Of a stretch of DNA of 64,000 bases, positions 1-9,338 are shown in pieces; position 1 is the first letter of the stretch; each line of letters begins with the position of its first letter. This stretch comes from Ardenticatenaceae bacterium (GTDB lineage Bacteria; Chloroflexota; Anaerolineae; Ardenticatenales; Ardenticatenaceae): the NCBI GenBank assembly GCA_015491235.1, contig WFWG01000353.1, forward strand, positions 1,342 to 65,341. Reading direction: 5' to 3'. Position numbers and translations under genes: made by a program. Under the pieces are notes generated by a model, which worked only from the letters and a program-made list of their open reading frames with translations, searched no databases and had not been told where the DNA came from.

Positions 1-132
1 CCCGGCTTCGGTCATGGCCTCGACGAAGGCTTCCGGGTAGGCCTCCTCCTCGTCCAGCTTGCGCCAGTAGGTCTCTGGAAATCGGGCACAGAGCTTTCGC
101 ACGCCGTCTCGCAGGTCCGCATAGGGGTCCAT
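1..132 (-). CDS. acyl-CoA dehydrogenase family protein, N-terminal 44 codons only (gene runs off the left edge)
   Basis: Reverse-strand ATG at 130-132 gives MDPYADLRDGVRKLCARFPETYWRKLDEEEAYPEAFVEAMTEAG, the usual N-terminal pattern of acyl-CoA dehydrogenases. Too short to appear in the ORF track. Confidence 0.45.
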   Translation of the reverse strand, partial: MDPYADLRDGVRKLCARFPETYWRKLDEEEAYPEAFVEAMTEAG

Positions 133-155
133 TCGCCTCCTCCTCGTTGTGCCGT

Positions 156-713
156 TCACGGGTGCTGGCGAAACGCCCGCTGGCCCTCCAGGTAGGCATC
201 ACCGCCGTAAATGTCGTGCACCACAATGGCCGGAAAGTCGCGCACCACCAGCTCACGAATTGCTTCGGTCCCCAAGTCTTCGTAGGCCACCACCCGCGCT
301 GAGACGATGTGTTGAGCCAGGAGCACCGCCGCGCCGCCCACGGCGGCCAAGTAGACAGCTCGATGGCGCACCAGCGCCGCCTTGACCTCGTCGGAGCGGT
401 AGCCCTTGCCGATGAACCCCTTCACGCCCCGCTCCAGGAGCGGCAACGTGTAGGGGTCCATGCGCCCGCTGGTCGTCGGCCCGGCTGGCCCGATGGGGCG
501 GCCAGGTGGGGCTGGCGCCGGTCCTACGTAGTAGATAACCTGCCCGGCCAGGGGAATGGGCGATGGCTCCCCACGAGAGAGGGTCTCGACCAGTCGCTTG
601 TGGGCGGCATCCCGTGCCGTGTAGAGGATGCCGTTTAGCCGCACCATGTCGCCGGCTCGCAACCGGGCCACGGCTTCGTCGTCCAAGGGCGTGGTAAGAA
701 CATGAACTTTCAA
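156..713 (-). CDS. class I (Fe-S) fumarate hydratase / tartrate dehydratase, beta (C-terminal domain) subunit
   Basis: 185-aa ORF with GPAGPTTSGRMD and KGFIGKG motifs typical of the beta subunit. Its start overlaps the stop of the alpha subunit gene. Confidence 0.85.
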   Translation of the reverse strand: MKVHVLTTPLDDEAVARLRAGDMVRLNGILYTARDAAHKRLVETLSRGEPSPIPLAGQVIYYVGPAPAPPGRPIGPAGPTTSGRMDPYTLPLLERGVKGFIGKGYRSDEVKAALVRHRAVYLAAVGGAAVLLAQHIVSARVVAYEDLGTEAIRELVVRDFPAIVVHDIYGGDAYLEGQRAFRQHP

Positions 714-1549
714 AGGAGCACCTCCGCCCGGCGAGGGGCCGAGCAGTTCAGGTTGACCGCCACCGGCAGGGCGGCGATGTGAGTGGGAGCCGCCTCCACG
801 TGGACCGCCAGGGCCGTCACCGTGCCGCCAAACCCCTGAGGGCCAATGCCCAGTGCGTTGACAGCCTCCAACAACTCCTGCTCAAGCGCAGCCAAATGAG
901 GTTCCGGGTTGCTCGTGCCCAGGGGGCGCAAAAGCGCCTTCTTGGCCAGCAACCCCACCGTGTCGAAGGAGCCGCCCAGGCCCACGCCCACGATGACCGG
1001 CGGGCAGGCGTTCGGTCCCGCTTGTTCCACCGTCTCAACCACGAAGCGCTTGACGCCCTCCAGGCCCGCCGCCGGGGGCAGCATGGCAAGGCGGCTCATC
1101 ATCTCAGCGCCAAAGCCCTTCAACAAAACGCGCACCCGCACGTGGTGGCCTGGCACGATCTCCCAGTGGACGATGGGGGGCGTGTTGTCGCCCGTGTTCT
1201 GGCGTCGGATTGGGTCGTCTATCACTGATTTGCGCAGCGGGCGGTACGCCTCGCGCACAGCCTCATTGAGGGCCGCGTGCAGGTCGCCGCCGACAAAGTG
1301 AACGTCTTGCCCTACCTCCAGGAAGATGATCGCCATGCCAGTGTCCTGACACGTGGGCAACCGCTCCGCCTCGGCTAAGGCGGCGTTGTCCAGGAGAAGG
1401 GTAATAATGTCGCGGCCCAGGACAGCCGCCTCTCGCCGGTGGGCTTCTTGCAGCGCCTTCAGGTAGTCGTCCGGCAGGCGGTAGGCGGCTTCCGACAGCA
1501 AGGCGGTCAGCTTTCGCTGGAGGTGGGCCACAGAAATTTCGCGAACCAC
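710..1549 (-). CDS. class I (Fe-S) fumarate hydratase, alpha (N-terminal domain) subunit
   Basis: 279-aa ORF with CQDTGMAIIFLEVGQDV and VGVGLGGSFD motifs of the two-subunit class I fumarase. Forms an operon with 156..713. Confidence 0.85.
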   Translation of the reverse strand: MVREISVAHLQRKLTALLSEAAYRLPDDYLKALQEAHRREAAVLGRDIITLLLDNAALAEAERLPTCQDTGMAIIFLEVGQDVHFVGGDLHAALNEAVREAYRPLRKSVIDDPIRRQNTGDNTPPIVHWEIVPGHHVRVRVLLKGFGAEMMSRLAMLPPAAGLEGVKRFVVETVEQAGPNACPPVIVGVGLGGSFDTVGLLAKKALLRPLGTSNPEPHLAALEQELLEAVNALGIGPQGFGGTVTALAVHVEAAPTHIAALPVAVNLNCSAPRRAEVLL

Positions 1550-1636
1550 AGTGAACCTCCTGACACGGGCGACTCGTCAGTCGAAAAGAGGGCCTGTATC
1601 CCGGCGGTCATATTGTACTCGACCTGATACTGGCGG

Positions 1637-1690
1637 ACAAAAGAATCGGGAACCGGAACGGCTTCGCTCGCTGCCCGCCCGGTTCCCGAT
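1637..1690 (-). terminator. hairpin plus T-run downstream of the DUF4349 gene
   Basis: 12-bp arms ATCGGGAACCGG (1645-1656) and CCGGTTCCCGAT (1679-1690). On the minus strand these are followed by TTCTTTTGT. Confidence 0.45.
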
Positions 1691-1780
1691 ACTTCCCTGT
1701 TCCCCTGTTTGCGCTTGCGCCGGCCCACTCGTGCCCCCAGAGCATTGCGGGCCTGTCGGCCACTCCGGTCAGCAAGCGAT

Positions 1781-2755
1781 TCAAGAGGACACGTTCGGGC
1801 GCTGACCTTGGGTCAGCAGCCGCCGTCCCACCAGCCAGGCCGGAACCAGCACCACCAGCAGCGGACTGCCGAGCACGGCAGCCCAAATGGCCACGTCTAC
1901 GGCCCGCTGCAAGACGGCCATCAGCACGCGCCAGGCTTCCTCGAAAGTGGCCCGGGGCGACCAGGCCGTGGTGTCCTGCCCCTTCAGCTCCAGGGGTGGT
2001 GGGACGAGTTCGACGGTGATGGTGGAGAAGGCCGTGCGTTGCTCCAGCGCGTTGCGCTGGGCTTTCAGCCGCTCCAATTCCTCTTCCACGTAGCGCAACT
2101 GCTCGTTGACCCGCAGGGCCTCCTCGACAGTGCGCGCGTCGTCCAGGAAGCGGCGGATGCGGTTGGCCGTGGCTTCCAGGTTGCGGATGCGTGCCTCCAG
2201 GTCCACGTACTGGTCGGTCACGTCCTGTCCGCTGGTGGACTCGTCCAGCACCTTCCCCAACCGGCGCACTTGTTCCAGTGCCTCTTCAAAGCGTTCAGCG
2301 GGCACGGCGAAGGCATAGAGGGCACGCGGGCGTTCGTTCTCGTACCAAGTGCGCGAACTCAACACGTATCCACCATACTGGTTGGTAAGCAAAGTGACGG
2401 CGTTGAGGGCGCCGAAGACATCTTCGGTCTCCAGGCGCAGGGTGGCGTTCTTGACGATCTTGCGGTCGAAAGGCGCTACGAGGTCGCCGCCGCCCGGCGA
2501 TTCTTGTGGTGGTGCTCCACCGGCTACTCCGGGGGCCGTCTTACCCTCGAAAGCCGGCAACGCTTCGGCGCTCTTTTCGCTCTCCACCACTACCGTGGCT
2601 GCCGGCTGACGGGGGACACCAACGGAAAGTTCCCCCCGGCGAAACGGCTCCACTTCCCGTGTGGGAGCGCTCTTCCGCTCCGCACACGCCGAAACGAACA
2701 GGCCCAGCAAAAGGCTTAGCAGGATAACCAACGAAGTGCGCGTCCTCCGGCTCAT
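1781..2755 (-). CDS. DUF4349-like lipoprotein (coiled-coil middle region, C-terminal TM)
   Basis: 324-aa ORF. It has a signal plus lipobox (LGLFVSAC), a central region YVDLEARIRNLEATANRIRRFL typical of DUF4349, and a C-terminal hydrophobic helix. Confidence 0.65.
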   Translation of the reverse strand: MSRRTRTSLVILLSLLLGLFVSACAERKSAPTREVEPFRRGELSVGVPRQPAATVVVESEKSAEALPAFEGKTAPGVAGGAPPQESPGGGDLVAPFDRKIVKNATLRLETEDVFGALNAVTLLTNQYGGYVLSSRTWYENERPRALYAFAVPAERFEEALEQVRRLGKVLDESTSGQDVTDQYVDLEARIRNLEATANRIRRFLDDARTVEEALRVNEQLRYVEEELERLKAQRNALEQRTAFSTITVELVPPPLELKGQDTTAWSPRATFEEAWRVLMAVLQRAVDVAIWAAVLGSPLLVVLVPAWLVGRRLLTQGQRPNVSS

Positions 2756-2961
2756 GGTGCTCCTCCTACTGGTTACAATTGATGCTTGTAGCGAATTGGG
2801 GGAGGCCTCCCGTGTTCACCTTTGGAACGCTGCGATCTGGAGAAAAGTTCCCACGGGCGGCGAAGGAACAACTTTGCTTGACGTTCGCCGGAAGAACGTC
2901 CAAAATATACGTGATTGCGAAGCGGTGTCCAGGGCTGGAAAGAGCAGAAGGAGGAACCACC

Positions 2962-3585
2962 ATGAGCGTGCCCTTCATTCCCGGTGAGACCGTTACCGTG
3001 CCGGAGATTACGTTCGCTGACCAGGTGCGCCTGCCGGCGTCCAAGACGGCTGTCATCGTGGTAGACATGCAAAACGATTTCGTCAAGGAAGGGGGAACGC
3101 TGGTGGTCCCCACGGCCATCGAGACAGTGCCCAACATTCAAACTCTCCTGGAGTCAGCGCGGGCCGCGGGTGTGCGGGTGGCCTACACGCAGGACACCCA
3201 CTTCGAGGGCGACCCGGAGTGGCAAATCTGGCCCGAACATTGCCGCGCGGGCACGTGGGGCTGGGAGATCATTGACGAGTTGAAGCCCCGACCGGAAGAT
3301 GTAGTCTGCCAGAAGAACCGCTACGACGGCTTCTACGGCACTTGGCTGGATCACTTCCTCAGCCACGTCTGGAAGGTGGAGCACCTGGTGATTGTGGGAA
3401 CAGTTTCCAGCATTTGCGTGCTGCACACGGCCGCCTCGGCCGGGCTGCGCTGGTTCCACATCGTGGTGCCGGCCGATGGCATCTCGGCATTGACGGAGTT
3501 CGACCAAGCGCTCACACTGCGCCAGGTGTCGTGGCTTTACCTGGGCGACGTGGTACGCCACACGACGGACATCGTGTTCGAGTAA
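2962..3585 (+). CDS. isochorismatase-family cysteine hydrolase (nicotinamidase-like)
   Basis: ATG at 2962 is preceded by GAAGGAGGA. Motifs VIVVDMQNDF and IVGTVSSICV (catalytic Cys) are present. The track ORF start at 2779 has no support. Confidence 0.8.
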   Translation: MSVPFIPGETVTVPEITFADQVRLPASKTAVIVVDMQNDFVKEGGTLVVPTAIETVPNIQTLLESARAAGVRVAYTQDTHFEGDPEWQIWPEHCRAGTWGWEIIDELKPRPEDVVCQKNRYDGFYGTWLDHFLSHVWKVEHLVIVGTVSSICVLHTAASAGLRWFHIVVPADGISALTEFDQALTLRQVSWLYLGDVVRHTTDIVFE

Positions 3586-3596
3586 AAGGGCACAAA

Positions 3597-3619
3597 GGGG
3601 CGCCTTGTGAAGGCGCCCC
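3597..3619 (+). terminator. GC-rich hairpin after the isochorismatase-family gene
   Basis: GGGGCGCC-ttgtgaa-GGCGCCCC starts 12 nt after the stop. The T-tract is weak (GTCGTTATTC). Confidence 0.45.
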
Positions 3620-3640
3620 GTCGTTATTCAGGAGTTTGCC

Positions 3641-4561
3641 ATGCTCGCGTTCGTTCTGAGCGGTGGGGGCAATCGGGGTGCTCTACAAGTGGGGGCGCTC
3701 CAAGTGTTGCTCGAGTCGGGCATTCGGCCGGACATGCTGGTGGGCACATCCGTGGGAGCGGTCAACGCCCTCTTTCTCGCGTGTGATCCCACACCCCGAG
3801 GGGCGTATCGCCTGGCGGAGATTTGGCTCCAGGTGCGCAAGAACGATGTCTATCCGGGCACGCACCTCACGGCGCTCTGGAGCCTGGTGCGACGCCGGGA
3901 GAGCCTGTTCAGCAACGCCAACTGGTACCGGTTCCTGAGCCGCCACCTGCCAGCGCAGCGCTTCGGCGAGCTTCAGGTGCCCGCTTACGCCGTGGCCACG
4001 GACTTGGAGACGGGACAAATTCGCGTCTTCGGTGACAACCCGGAAGAGCACCTTATAGACGGCGTGATGGCCAGCACGGCCCTTCCTCCGCTCCACCCGC
4101 CGTGGCGTGTGGGCGGGCGGCGCTACATTGACGGCGGCGCCGTGGCCGACTTGCCGGTGCGCGTGGCCATCGAGCGCGGGGCGGACGAAATCATCGCCCT
4201 GAACTTGGCCAACCCCCTTACCCCCGGCGAACAGTTGCGCACTTTGGTTGGCATCGTCCACCAGGCCATTGGTGCCCTGATCATTCGCCACATTGATGCC
4301 GACCTGGAATACGCCCGTCTCCAGAACGTCAAATTGCGCACCATTGAGCTCCGCCACCAGCTTTCACTGCCGCCGTGGGATTTCAGCCACTCCGCCCAAC
4401 TCATCGCGCTGGGCCGGGAAATCACGCAAGCAGCCCTTGAGGCCGAGCCCATGAAAGCGCTCACGTGGCGCGACCGTTTGGTCGCACGGGTAACGCGCGC
4501 CTCTGTGCCTGTTTTGTCCGTCGTCCAGAATGTCGTGGGGCGCCGTCTTGAAACCAGTTAG
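3641..4561 (+). CDS. patatin-like phospholipase
   Basis: GGGNRG oxyanion motif and GTSVG nucleophile elbow near the N-terminus, plus DGG later. 306 aa. Confidence 0.85.
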   Translation: MLAFVLSGGGNRGALQVGALQVLLESGIRPDMLVGTSVGAVNALFLACDPTPRGAYRLAEIWLQVRKNDVYPGTHLTALWSLVRRRESLFSNANWYRFLSRHLPAQRFGELQVPAYAVATDLETGQIRVFGDNPEEHLIDGVMASTALPPLHPPWRVGGRRYIDGGAVADLPVRVAIERGADEIIALNLANPLTPGEQLRTLVGIVHQAIGALIIRHIDADLEYARLQNVKLRTIELRHQLSLPPWDFSHSAQLIALGREITQAALEAEPMKALTWRDRLVARVTRASVPVLSVVQNVVGRRLETS

Positions 4562-4605
4562 AGGGCGTGTCTTCCCGTTCCCCTGCCCGCTGCCCGCCAA
4601 CAGGC

Positions 4606-4634
4606 TTGACAGACACCCTGAAACGCGGTATGGT
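4606..4634 (+). promoter_or_regulatory. sigma-70-like promoter
   Basis: TTGACA (4606-4611), a 17-nt spacer, then TATGGT (4629-4634), about 40 nt upstream of the 4678 ATG. Confidence 0.5.
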
Positions 4635-4677
4635 GTAGGACTGCTGTGCACTTCGCCGACAGGGAAAAGGGGGAACT

Positions 4678-4992
4678 ATGGAGCAGTGTTTCATTTGTGA
4701 AGAACGACGGCCCGAACAGGTCGAATTCGCCAACGCCGAGTGCACCAACTGTGGCCGCTACGTCTGCTACGACCACGCCATCCGCGTGCAGCGAGGAAGT
4801 TTCCTTTGTTTAGTCTGCTACGAGGCGAACGAGGCCTTTTACCGCCAGCACCGGCGGCTCATTCAACGCCCGCGCTACAACGTTCCCCGCTCGCCCGACG
4901 AGCATCCCAACACTCGCCGACAGCGGGCGCGCACCCCGGCCCCGGCCAGGCGCGGCCTGGTGGCCCGCCTGCGCGAGCGGCTGGGCTTGTAG
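4678..4992 (+). CDS. small B-box/zinc-ribbon-like protein with Arg-rich tail
   Basis: 104-aa ORF with CFIC...CTNC...CYDH...CLVC spacing and a basic low-complexity C-terminus. It has its own promoter and an RBS (AAGGGGGAA). Confidence 0.5.
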   Translation: MEQCFICEERRPEQVEFANAECTNCGRYVCYDHAIRVQRGSFLCLVCYEANEAFYRQHRRLIQRPRYNVPRSPDEHPNTRRQRARTPAPARRGLVARLRERLGL

Positions 4993-5042
4993 CGGATGAA
5001 GCGAAGTGTGACAGGAAAAGCGAGTGAAGTACAGGTGGAGCC

Positions 5043-6173
5043 ATGATAGGAGCGGTGCGCCTGGTGGACGCGGAGATGCTGAACGCCCTGCTCAAAGCTG
5101 GCGGTATCTTCGTGGCTGTGGCCGTGCTGGCCCGGCTGCTCCTTGTCCTAGCCGACCGATACCTTTGGGGGCTGACCCGTCGCACCCGCACCACGCTCGA
5201 CGATGTAATCTTCAACGCGGTGCGAGGTCCCCTCTTTTGGCTGGCCCTGGTTTTGGGAGCCAGGCTGGCAGTCGCCTTCTTGACCTTCCTCGCGCCCGAG
5301 TGGCAACGTTTCCTCGACGGCCTGGTGTTTATAGCCGGTGTTCTGGCAGTCTATGTTCTCATCTACCGCCTGATTCGCGACGTGCTCAACTGGTACATCC
5401 AGAACGTGGCCCCCGAAACGGAGTCACGCTTGGACGACCTCCTGGTGCCTTACCTGCGTCGCGTGCTCCTGGTGGTGTTGACCGTGTTGGCTGGCCTGAC
5501 GATTCTGGACCACTTTGGCGTCGAGGTGACCACCCTGCTGGCTACGTTGGGGGTAGGTTCCCTGGCCGTGGCTCTGGCTGCCCAGGCCACGCTGCGGGAC
5601 GCCATTAGCGGAATGATGATTCTGCTGGACAGGCCCTACCGCATCGGCGACCGCATCTTGCTGCCAGGGCAAAACATCTACGGCGACGTGATTGACATCG
5701 GACTCCGTTCCACCCGCGTCTTGACGCGCGACAACCGGGTGGTCACAATTCCCAATTCCCTCATGACCGACGGCATGATCATCAACTACGCCTACCCAGA
5801 TCATCGCCTGCGGCTCGACATTCCAGTGGGGGTGGCCTACGGCACCGACCTCGAGCACGCCCGCGCGGTGCTCCTCCGGGCGGTGCAGAGTGTGGAAGGC
5901 GTCTTGCGGGATCCGCCCCCGCGTGTGCTCGCCCGGGGGCTGGGCGACTCCTCCGTTGACTTCATCATCCGCCTGTGGATAGACTCGTTCGTTGACCGCA
6001 CGCCAGTGATTGACCGCGTTTACCGGGCTGTCTACGCGGCCCTCAACGAGGCCGGCATCGAGATTCCGTTCCCGCAGCGCACGCTGTGGCACCGGTTGGA
6101 GCCGGACCAAGTGGCCCACTGGCAACGGGCCATCGTCCGACAAGCGCTTGAGGAGGACAAGTCAGAACCATGA
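5043..6173 (+). CDS. MscS-family mechanosensitive channel
   Basis: N-terminal TM helices followed by LLDRPYRIGDRILL...GDVIDIGLRSTRVLTRDNRVVTIPNS, the MscS beta-domain signature. Confidence 0.85.
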   Translation: MIGAVRLVDAEMLNALLKAGGIFVAVAVLARLLLVLADRYLWGLTRRTRTTLDDVIFNAVRGPLFWLALVLGARLAVAFLTFLAPEWQRFLDGLVFIAGVLAVYVLIYRLIRDVLNWYIQNVAPETESRLDDLLVPYLRRVLLVVLTVLAGLTILDHFGVEVTTLLATLGVGSLAVALAAQATLRDAISGMMILLDRPYRIGDRILLPGQNIYGDVIDIGLRSTRVLTRDNRVVTIPNSLMTDGMIINYAYPDHRLRLDIPVGVAYGTDLEHARAVLLRAVQSVEGVLRDPPPRVLARGLGDSSVDFIIRLWIDSFVDRTPVIDRVYRAVYAALNEAGIEIPFPQRTLWHRLEPDQVAHWQRAIVRQALEEDKSEP

Positions 6174-7714
6174 GCACACCTCACCAGTTTGTGGGTTTCT
6201 CCCTGGCCGACCTGTTGGCGGCCGTGCCCGCCTACCACACGATGGCCGAGTTCCTCGGCGAAATTCGCGTGACCGCTATCACCAGCGACTCCCGCCGCGT
6301 GAAGCCCGGCGCCCTCTTCGTGGCCTACCCCGGCGTGTGGGTGGACGGCCACCGCTACATCCCTGATGCCGTGGCACGCGGGGCCGTGGCCGTTCTGGGC
6401 GAGCGGCCGCCAGAGGAATACGCCGACTTGCCTGTGCCCTACGTCCAGGTGCCCGACGGGCGCGAGGCACTGGCGTGGCTGGCGGCTGCCTGGTACGGGC
6501 ACCCGTCGCGCGAGTTGCGCGTGGTGGGCGTCACCGGCACCGACGGCAAGACCACGACCACCGCGCTCATCGCTGCCGTTTTGGAGGCCACAGGTGCCCC
6601 CGTAGGCGTCATCAGCACCATTGGCGCCCGCATCGGCAACGAATGGCTGGAAACAGGCGCTCACGTTACCACCCCCGACGCCCTGGACACCCAGCATTAC
6701 CTGCGCCGCATGGCCGATGCCGGTATGCGTTACGCCGTGCTGGAGACCACTTCCCACGGCCTGGCTCAACACCGGGTCACCAGCGTGGCCTTCGACGTGG
6801 CCGTGGTCACCAACATCACCCACGAGCACTTGGACCTGCACGGCTCAGTGGAGAACTACCGCAAGGCCAAAGCCAAACTCTTCGACTCCCTTGCTTCGGC
6901 GTACCGCAAGCCGGAGACCCCCAAGGTCTCCATCCTGAACCGAGACGACTCCAGCTACGACTACCTGCACCGCTACCCGGCCGACGTGGTACTCACCTAC
7001 GGCGTGGAGCACCAGGCCGACGTGCGAGGGACGAACGTCGAGTACACCAACCAGGGCACGCGGTTTACGGTCGAAAGCCCCCTTGGCCGCTTCGAGGTTT
7101 TCACCCACCTTCTGGGAGCCTTCAACGTCCACAATGTGCTGGCTGCTGTGGCCGTGGGCGTCTCCCAAGGCGTTTCAGTCGAGCACATTCAGGAGGGGAT
7201 CGCCCGCGTGAAGCGAGTCACAGGCCGCATGGAGCCCATTGACGAGGGACAAGATTTTCTCGCCATTGTGGACTTTGCCCACACCCCCGCCTCGCTGGAG
7301 CAGGCTCTGAAAGCTGCCCGCACCATGACCAAAGGGCGCGTCATCGTGGTCTTCGGCTCGGCGGGGCTGCGCGACGTGGCCAAGCGCAGCATGATGGGCC
7401 GCGTGGCCGCGCGCCTGGCCGACCTGGCCGTCTTCACCGCCGAGGACCCGCGCACGGAGGACGTCAACGAAATTATCGCCGAGATTGCGCGGGGCGCCCA
7501 GGCAGCCGGCGCCGTAGAAGGGCAAGACTACGTGTGCATTCCCGACCGGGCCGAGGCCATCGAGTGGGCCGTCCTCCAGGCACAACCGGGCGACGTGGTG
7601 ATGGCCTGCGGCAAGGGGCACGAGCCCACCATGTGCTACGGCGAGGAGGAGTTCCCCTGGAGCGAGCACGAAGTGATGCGAGCAGCCATCCGCAAGCGGA
7701 TGCAGCGGGCGTAG
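6170..7714 (+). CDS. murE: UDP-N-acetylmuramoyl-L-alanyl-D-glutamate--2,6-diaminopimelate ligase
   Basis: 514 aa. Contains the Mur ligase P-loop GVTGTDGKTTTT and the DFAHTP and GKGHE motifs. There is an ATGA overlap with the preceding gene. Confidence 0.9.
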   Translation: MSTPHQFVGFSLADLLAAVPAYHTMAEFLGEIRVTAITSDSRRVKPGALFVAYPGVWVDGHRYIPDAVARGAVAVLGERPPEEYADLPVPYVQVPDGREALAWLAAAWYGHPSRELRVVGVTGTDGKTTTTALIAAVLEATGAPVGVISTIGARIGNEWLETGAHVTTPDALDTQHYLRRMADAGMRYAVLETTSHGLAQHRVTSVAFDVAVVTNITHEHLDLHGSVENYRKAKAKLFDSLASAYRKPETPKVSILNRDDSSYDYLHRYPADVVLTYGVEHQADVRGTNVEYTNQGTRFTVESPLGRFEVFTHLLGAFNVHNVLAAVAVGVSQGVSVEHIQEGIARVKRVTGRMEPIDEGQDFLAIVDFAHTPASLEQALKAARTMTKGRVIVVFGSAGLRDVAKRSMMGRVAARLADLAVFTAEDPRTEDVNEIIAEIARGAQAAGAVEGQDYVCIPDRAEAIEWAVLQAQPGDVVMACGKGHEPTMCYGEEEFPWSEHEVMRAAIRKRMQRA

Positions 7715-7715
7715 C

Positions 7716-8288
7716 ATGATTGCCAGCCTGGAAGGGACGGTGCAGGTCAAGCGGGACAACTGGTTGATCGTAAACGTGGGGGGAGTGGGCTATCGCGTTT
7801 ACGTTTCTCCTGCCGTGGCTGCCGAGGTTGGCGCAGAAGGGGATGTGATCCAGCTCTATACCCACCTGCACGTGCGCGAGAACGAGATGAGCCTTTACGG
7901 CTTTCGCACGCTGGAGGAACTGGAGCTCTTCGAGTTGCTCCTGAGCGTCAACGGTGTTGGCCCCCGGGTTGCACTTGCTTTTCTGGCAACCTACGACCCT
8001 GGCACGATTGTGAACGCCATTCTCAACGACCAGGCAGAACTGCTCACGCGCGTGCCCGGCGTGGGAAGGCGCACCGCCCAGCGCGTGGTGCTGGACTTGA
8101 AGAACAAAGTGCGTGCGCTGAGCGTGGCCGGGGTGCCGGCTTCCAGTTCGACGGATGCTGACGCCATTAGCGCGCTCACGGCGCTGGGATATAGTGTTCG
8201 GGAGGCCCAGGCCGCCCTGCAGGGGCTGCCGCCCGACCTTTCGCTGGAGGAGAAAATCTTTCGCGCGCTCCAGCGCCTGAGCGAGTAG
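7716..8288 (+). CDS. ruvA: Holliday junction branch migration complex subunit RuvA
   Basis: MIASLEGTV...VGGVGYRV...LYGF...FELLLSVNGVGPRVALA, the canonical RuvA layout. 190 aa. Confidence 0.9.
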   Translation: MIASLEGTVQVKRDNWLIVNVGGVGYRVYVSPAVAAEVGAEGDVIQLYTHLHVRENEMSLYGFRTLEELELFELLLSVNGVGPRVALAFLATYDPGTIVNAILNDQAELLTRVPGVGRRTAQRVVLDLKNKVRALSVAGVPASSSTDADAISALTALGYSVREAQAALQGLPPDLSLEEKIFRALQRLSE

Positions 8289-8303
8289 GAGGTGGATTGG
8301 AAG

Positions 8304-9338
8304 ATGAACGAAGTCTCAGTGCGCTCACACCCTGCCCCACAGGAACAAACGGTCAACACCCAGCGGCCGGAAATCTCCGTGGTGATTCCGCTTTACAACG
8401 AGGAGGAGAGCATTCCCGAGCTTTACCGTTCGCTCACCGAGGCGCTGGAAGCCTTGGGACGCCCCTACGAAATCATCATCGTGGACGACGGTTCCACCGA
8501 CGGGAGCTTCCCCCTGCTGCGCCAATTGGCCGCCGAGGACGAACGGCTGAAGGTGGTGCGCCTGCGCCGCAATTTTGGGCAGACAGCCGCCTTTGCGGCC
8601 GGCTTCGACCACGCCCGGGGCGACATCATCGTGACCATGGACGCTGACCTGCAAAACGACCCGCGCGACATCCCCAAGCTGCTGGCCAAGATTGACGAGG
8701 GGTACGACATCGTCAGCGGCTGGCGGGTGAACCGACAGGACCGCTTCTTGGACCGCAAGCTCCCCTCCATGATTGCCAACCGCCTCATCTCCAACGTCAC
8801 CGACGTGCGCTTGCACGATTACGGCTGCTCGCTCAAGGCGTACCGGCGGGAGGTCATACGCGAGGTGCGCCTCTACGGCGAGTTGCACCGCTTCATCCCG
8901 GCCTTGGCCAGCCAGGTGGGCGGCGCGGTGGCCGAGGTGCCGGTGAACCATCAGCCGCGCCGGTACGGGCGCTCCAAGTACGGCCTCAGTCGCACCGTTC
9001 GCGTGATTCTAGATCTCATCACGGTTTGGTTTCTGGGCTCTTATTCCACCCGTCCCCTGCACGTTTTTGGGACACTCGGGTTGGGGTCGTTGGGCTTGGG
9101 CATTCTGTTCGGCCTCTACCTGACGGCCGTCAAGTTCCTCGGCCATCAAGACATTGGCACACGGCCGCTTTTGCTCCTGGCCGTGCTGCTCGTCGTGGTG
9201 GGAATTCAGCTCATCACCATGGGCTTGCTAGGCGAAATGATCATCCGCACCTACCACGAGAGCCAGGGAAAGCCCATTTACATCGTGCGGGAGGTGCTCA
9301 ACGGAAAAGAGGACAGAGGCGAACGGACCGCCCAATAA
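8304..9338 (+). CDS. GT2 polyprenol-phosphate glycosyltransferase (DPM1/ArnC/GtrB-like) with two C-terminal TM helices
   Basis: VVIPLYNEEESI, IIVDDGSTDGS and DADLQNDP motifs, plus C-terminal helices. ATG 8304 lies 11 nt after AGGAGG, whereas the track start GTG 8292 abuts the RBS. Confidence 0.85.
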   Translation: MNEVSVRSHPAPQEQTVNTQRPEISVVIPLYNEEESIPELYRSLTEALEALGRPYEIIIVDDGSTDGSFPLLRQLAAEDERLKVVRLRRNFGQTAAFAAGFDHARGDIIVTMDADLQNDPRDIPKLLAKIDEGYDIVSGWRVNRQDRFLDRKLPSMIANRLISNVTDVRLHDYGCSLKAYRREVIREVRLYGELHRFIPALASQVGGAVAEVPVNHQPRRYGRSKYGLSRTVRVILDLITVWFLGSYSTRPLHVFGTLGLGSLGLGILFGLYLTAVKFLGHQDIGTRPLLLLAVLLVVVGIQLITMGLLGEMIIRTYHESQGKPIYIVREVLNGKEDRGERTAQ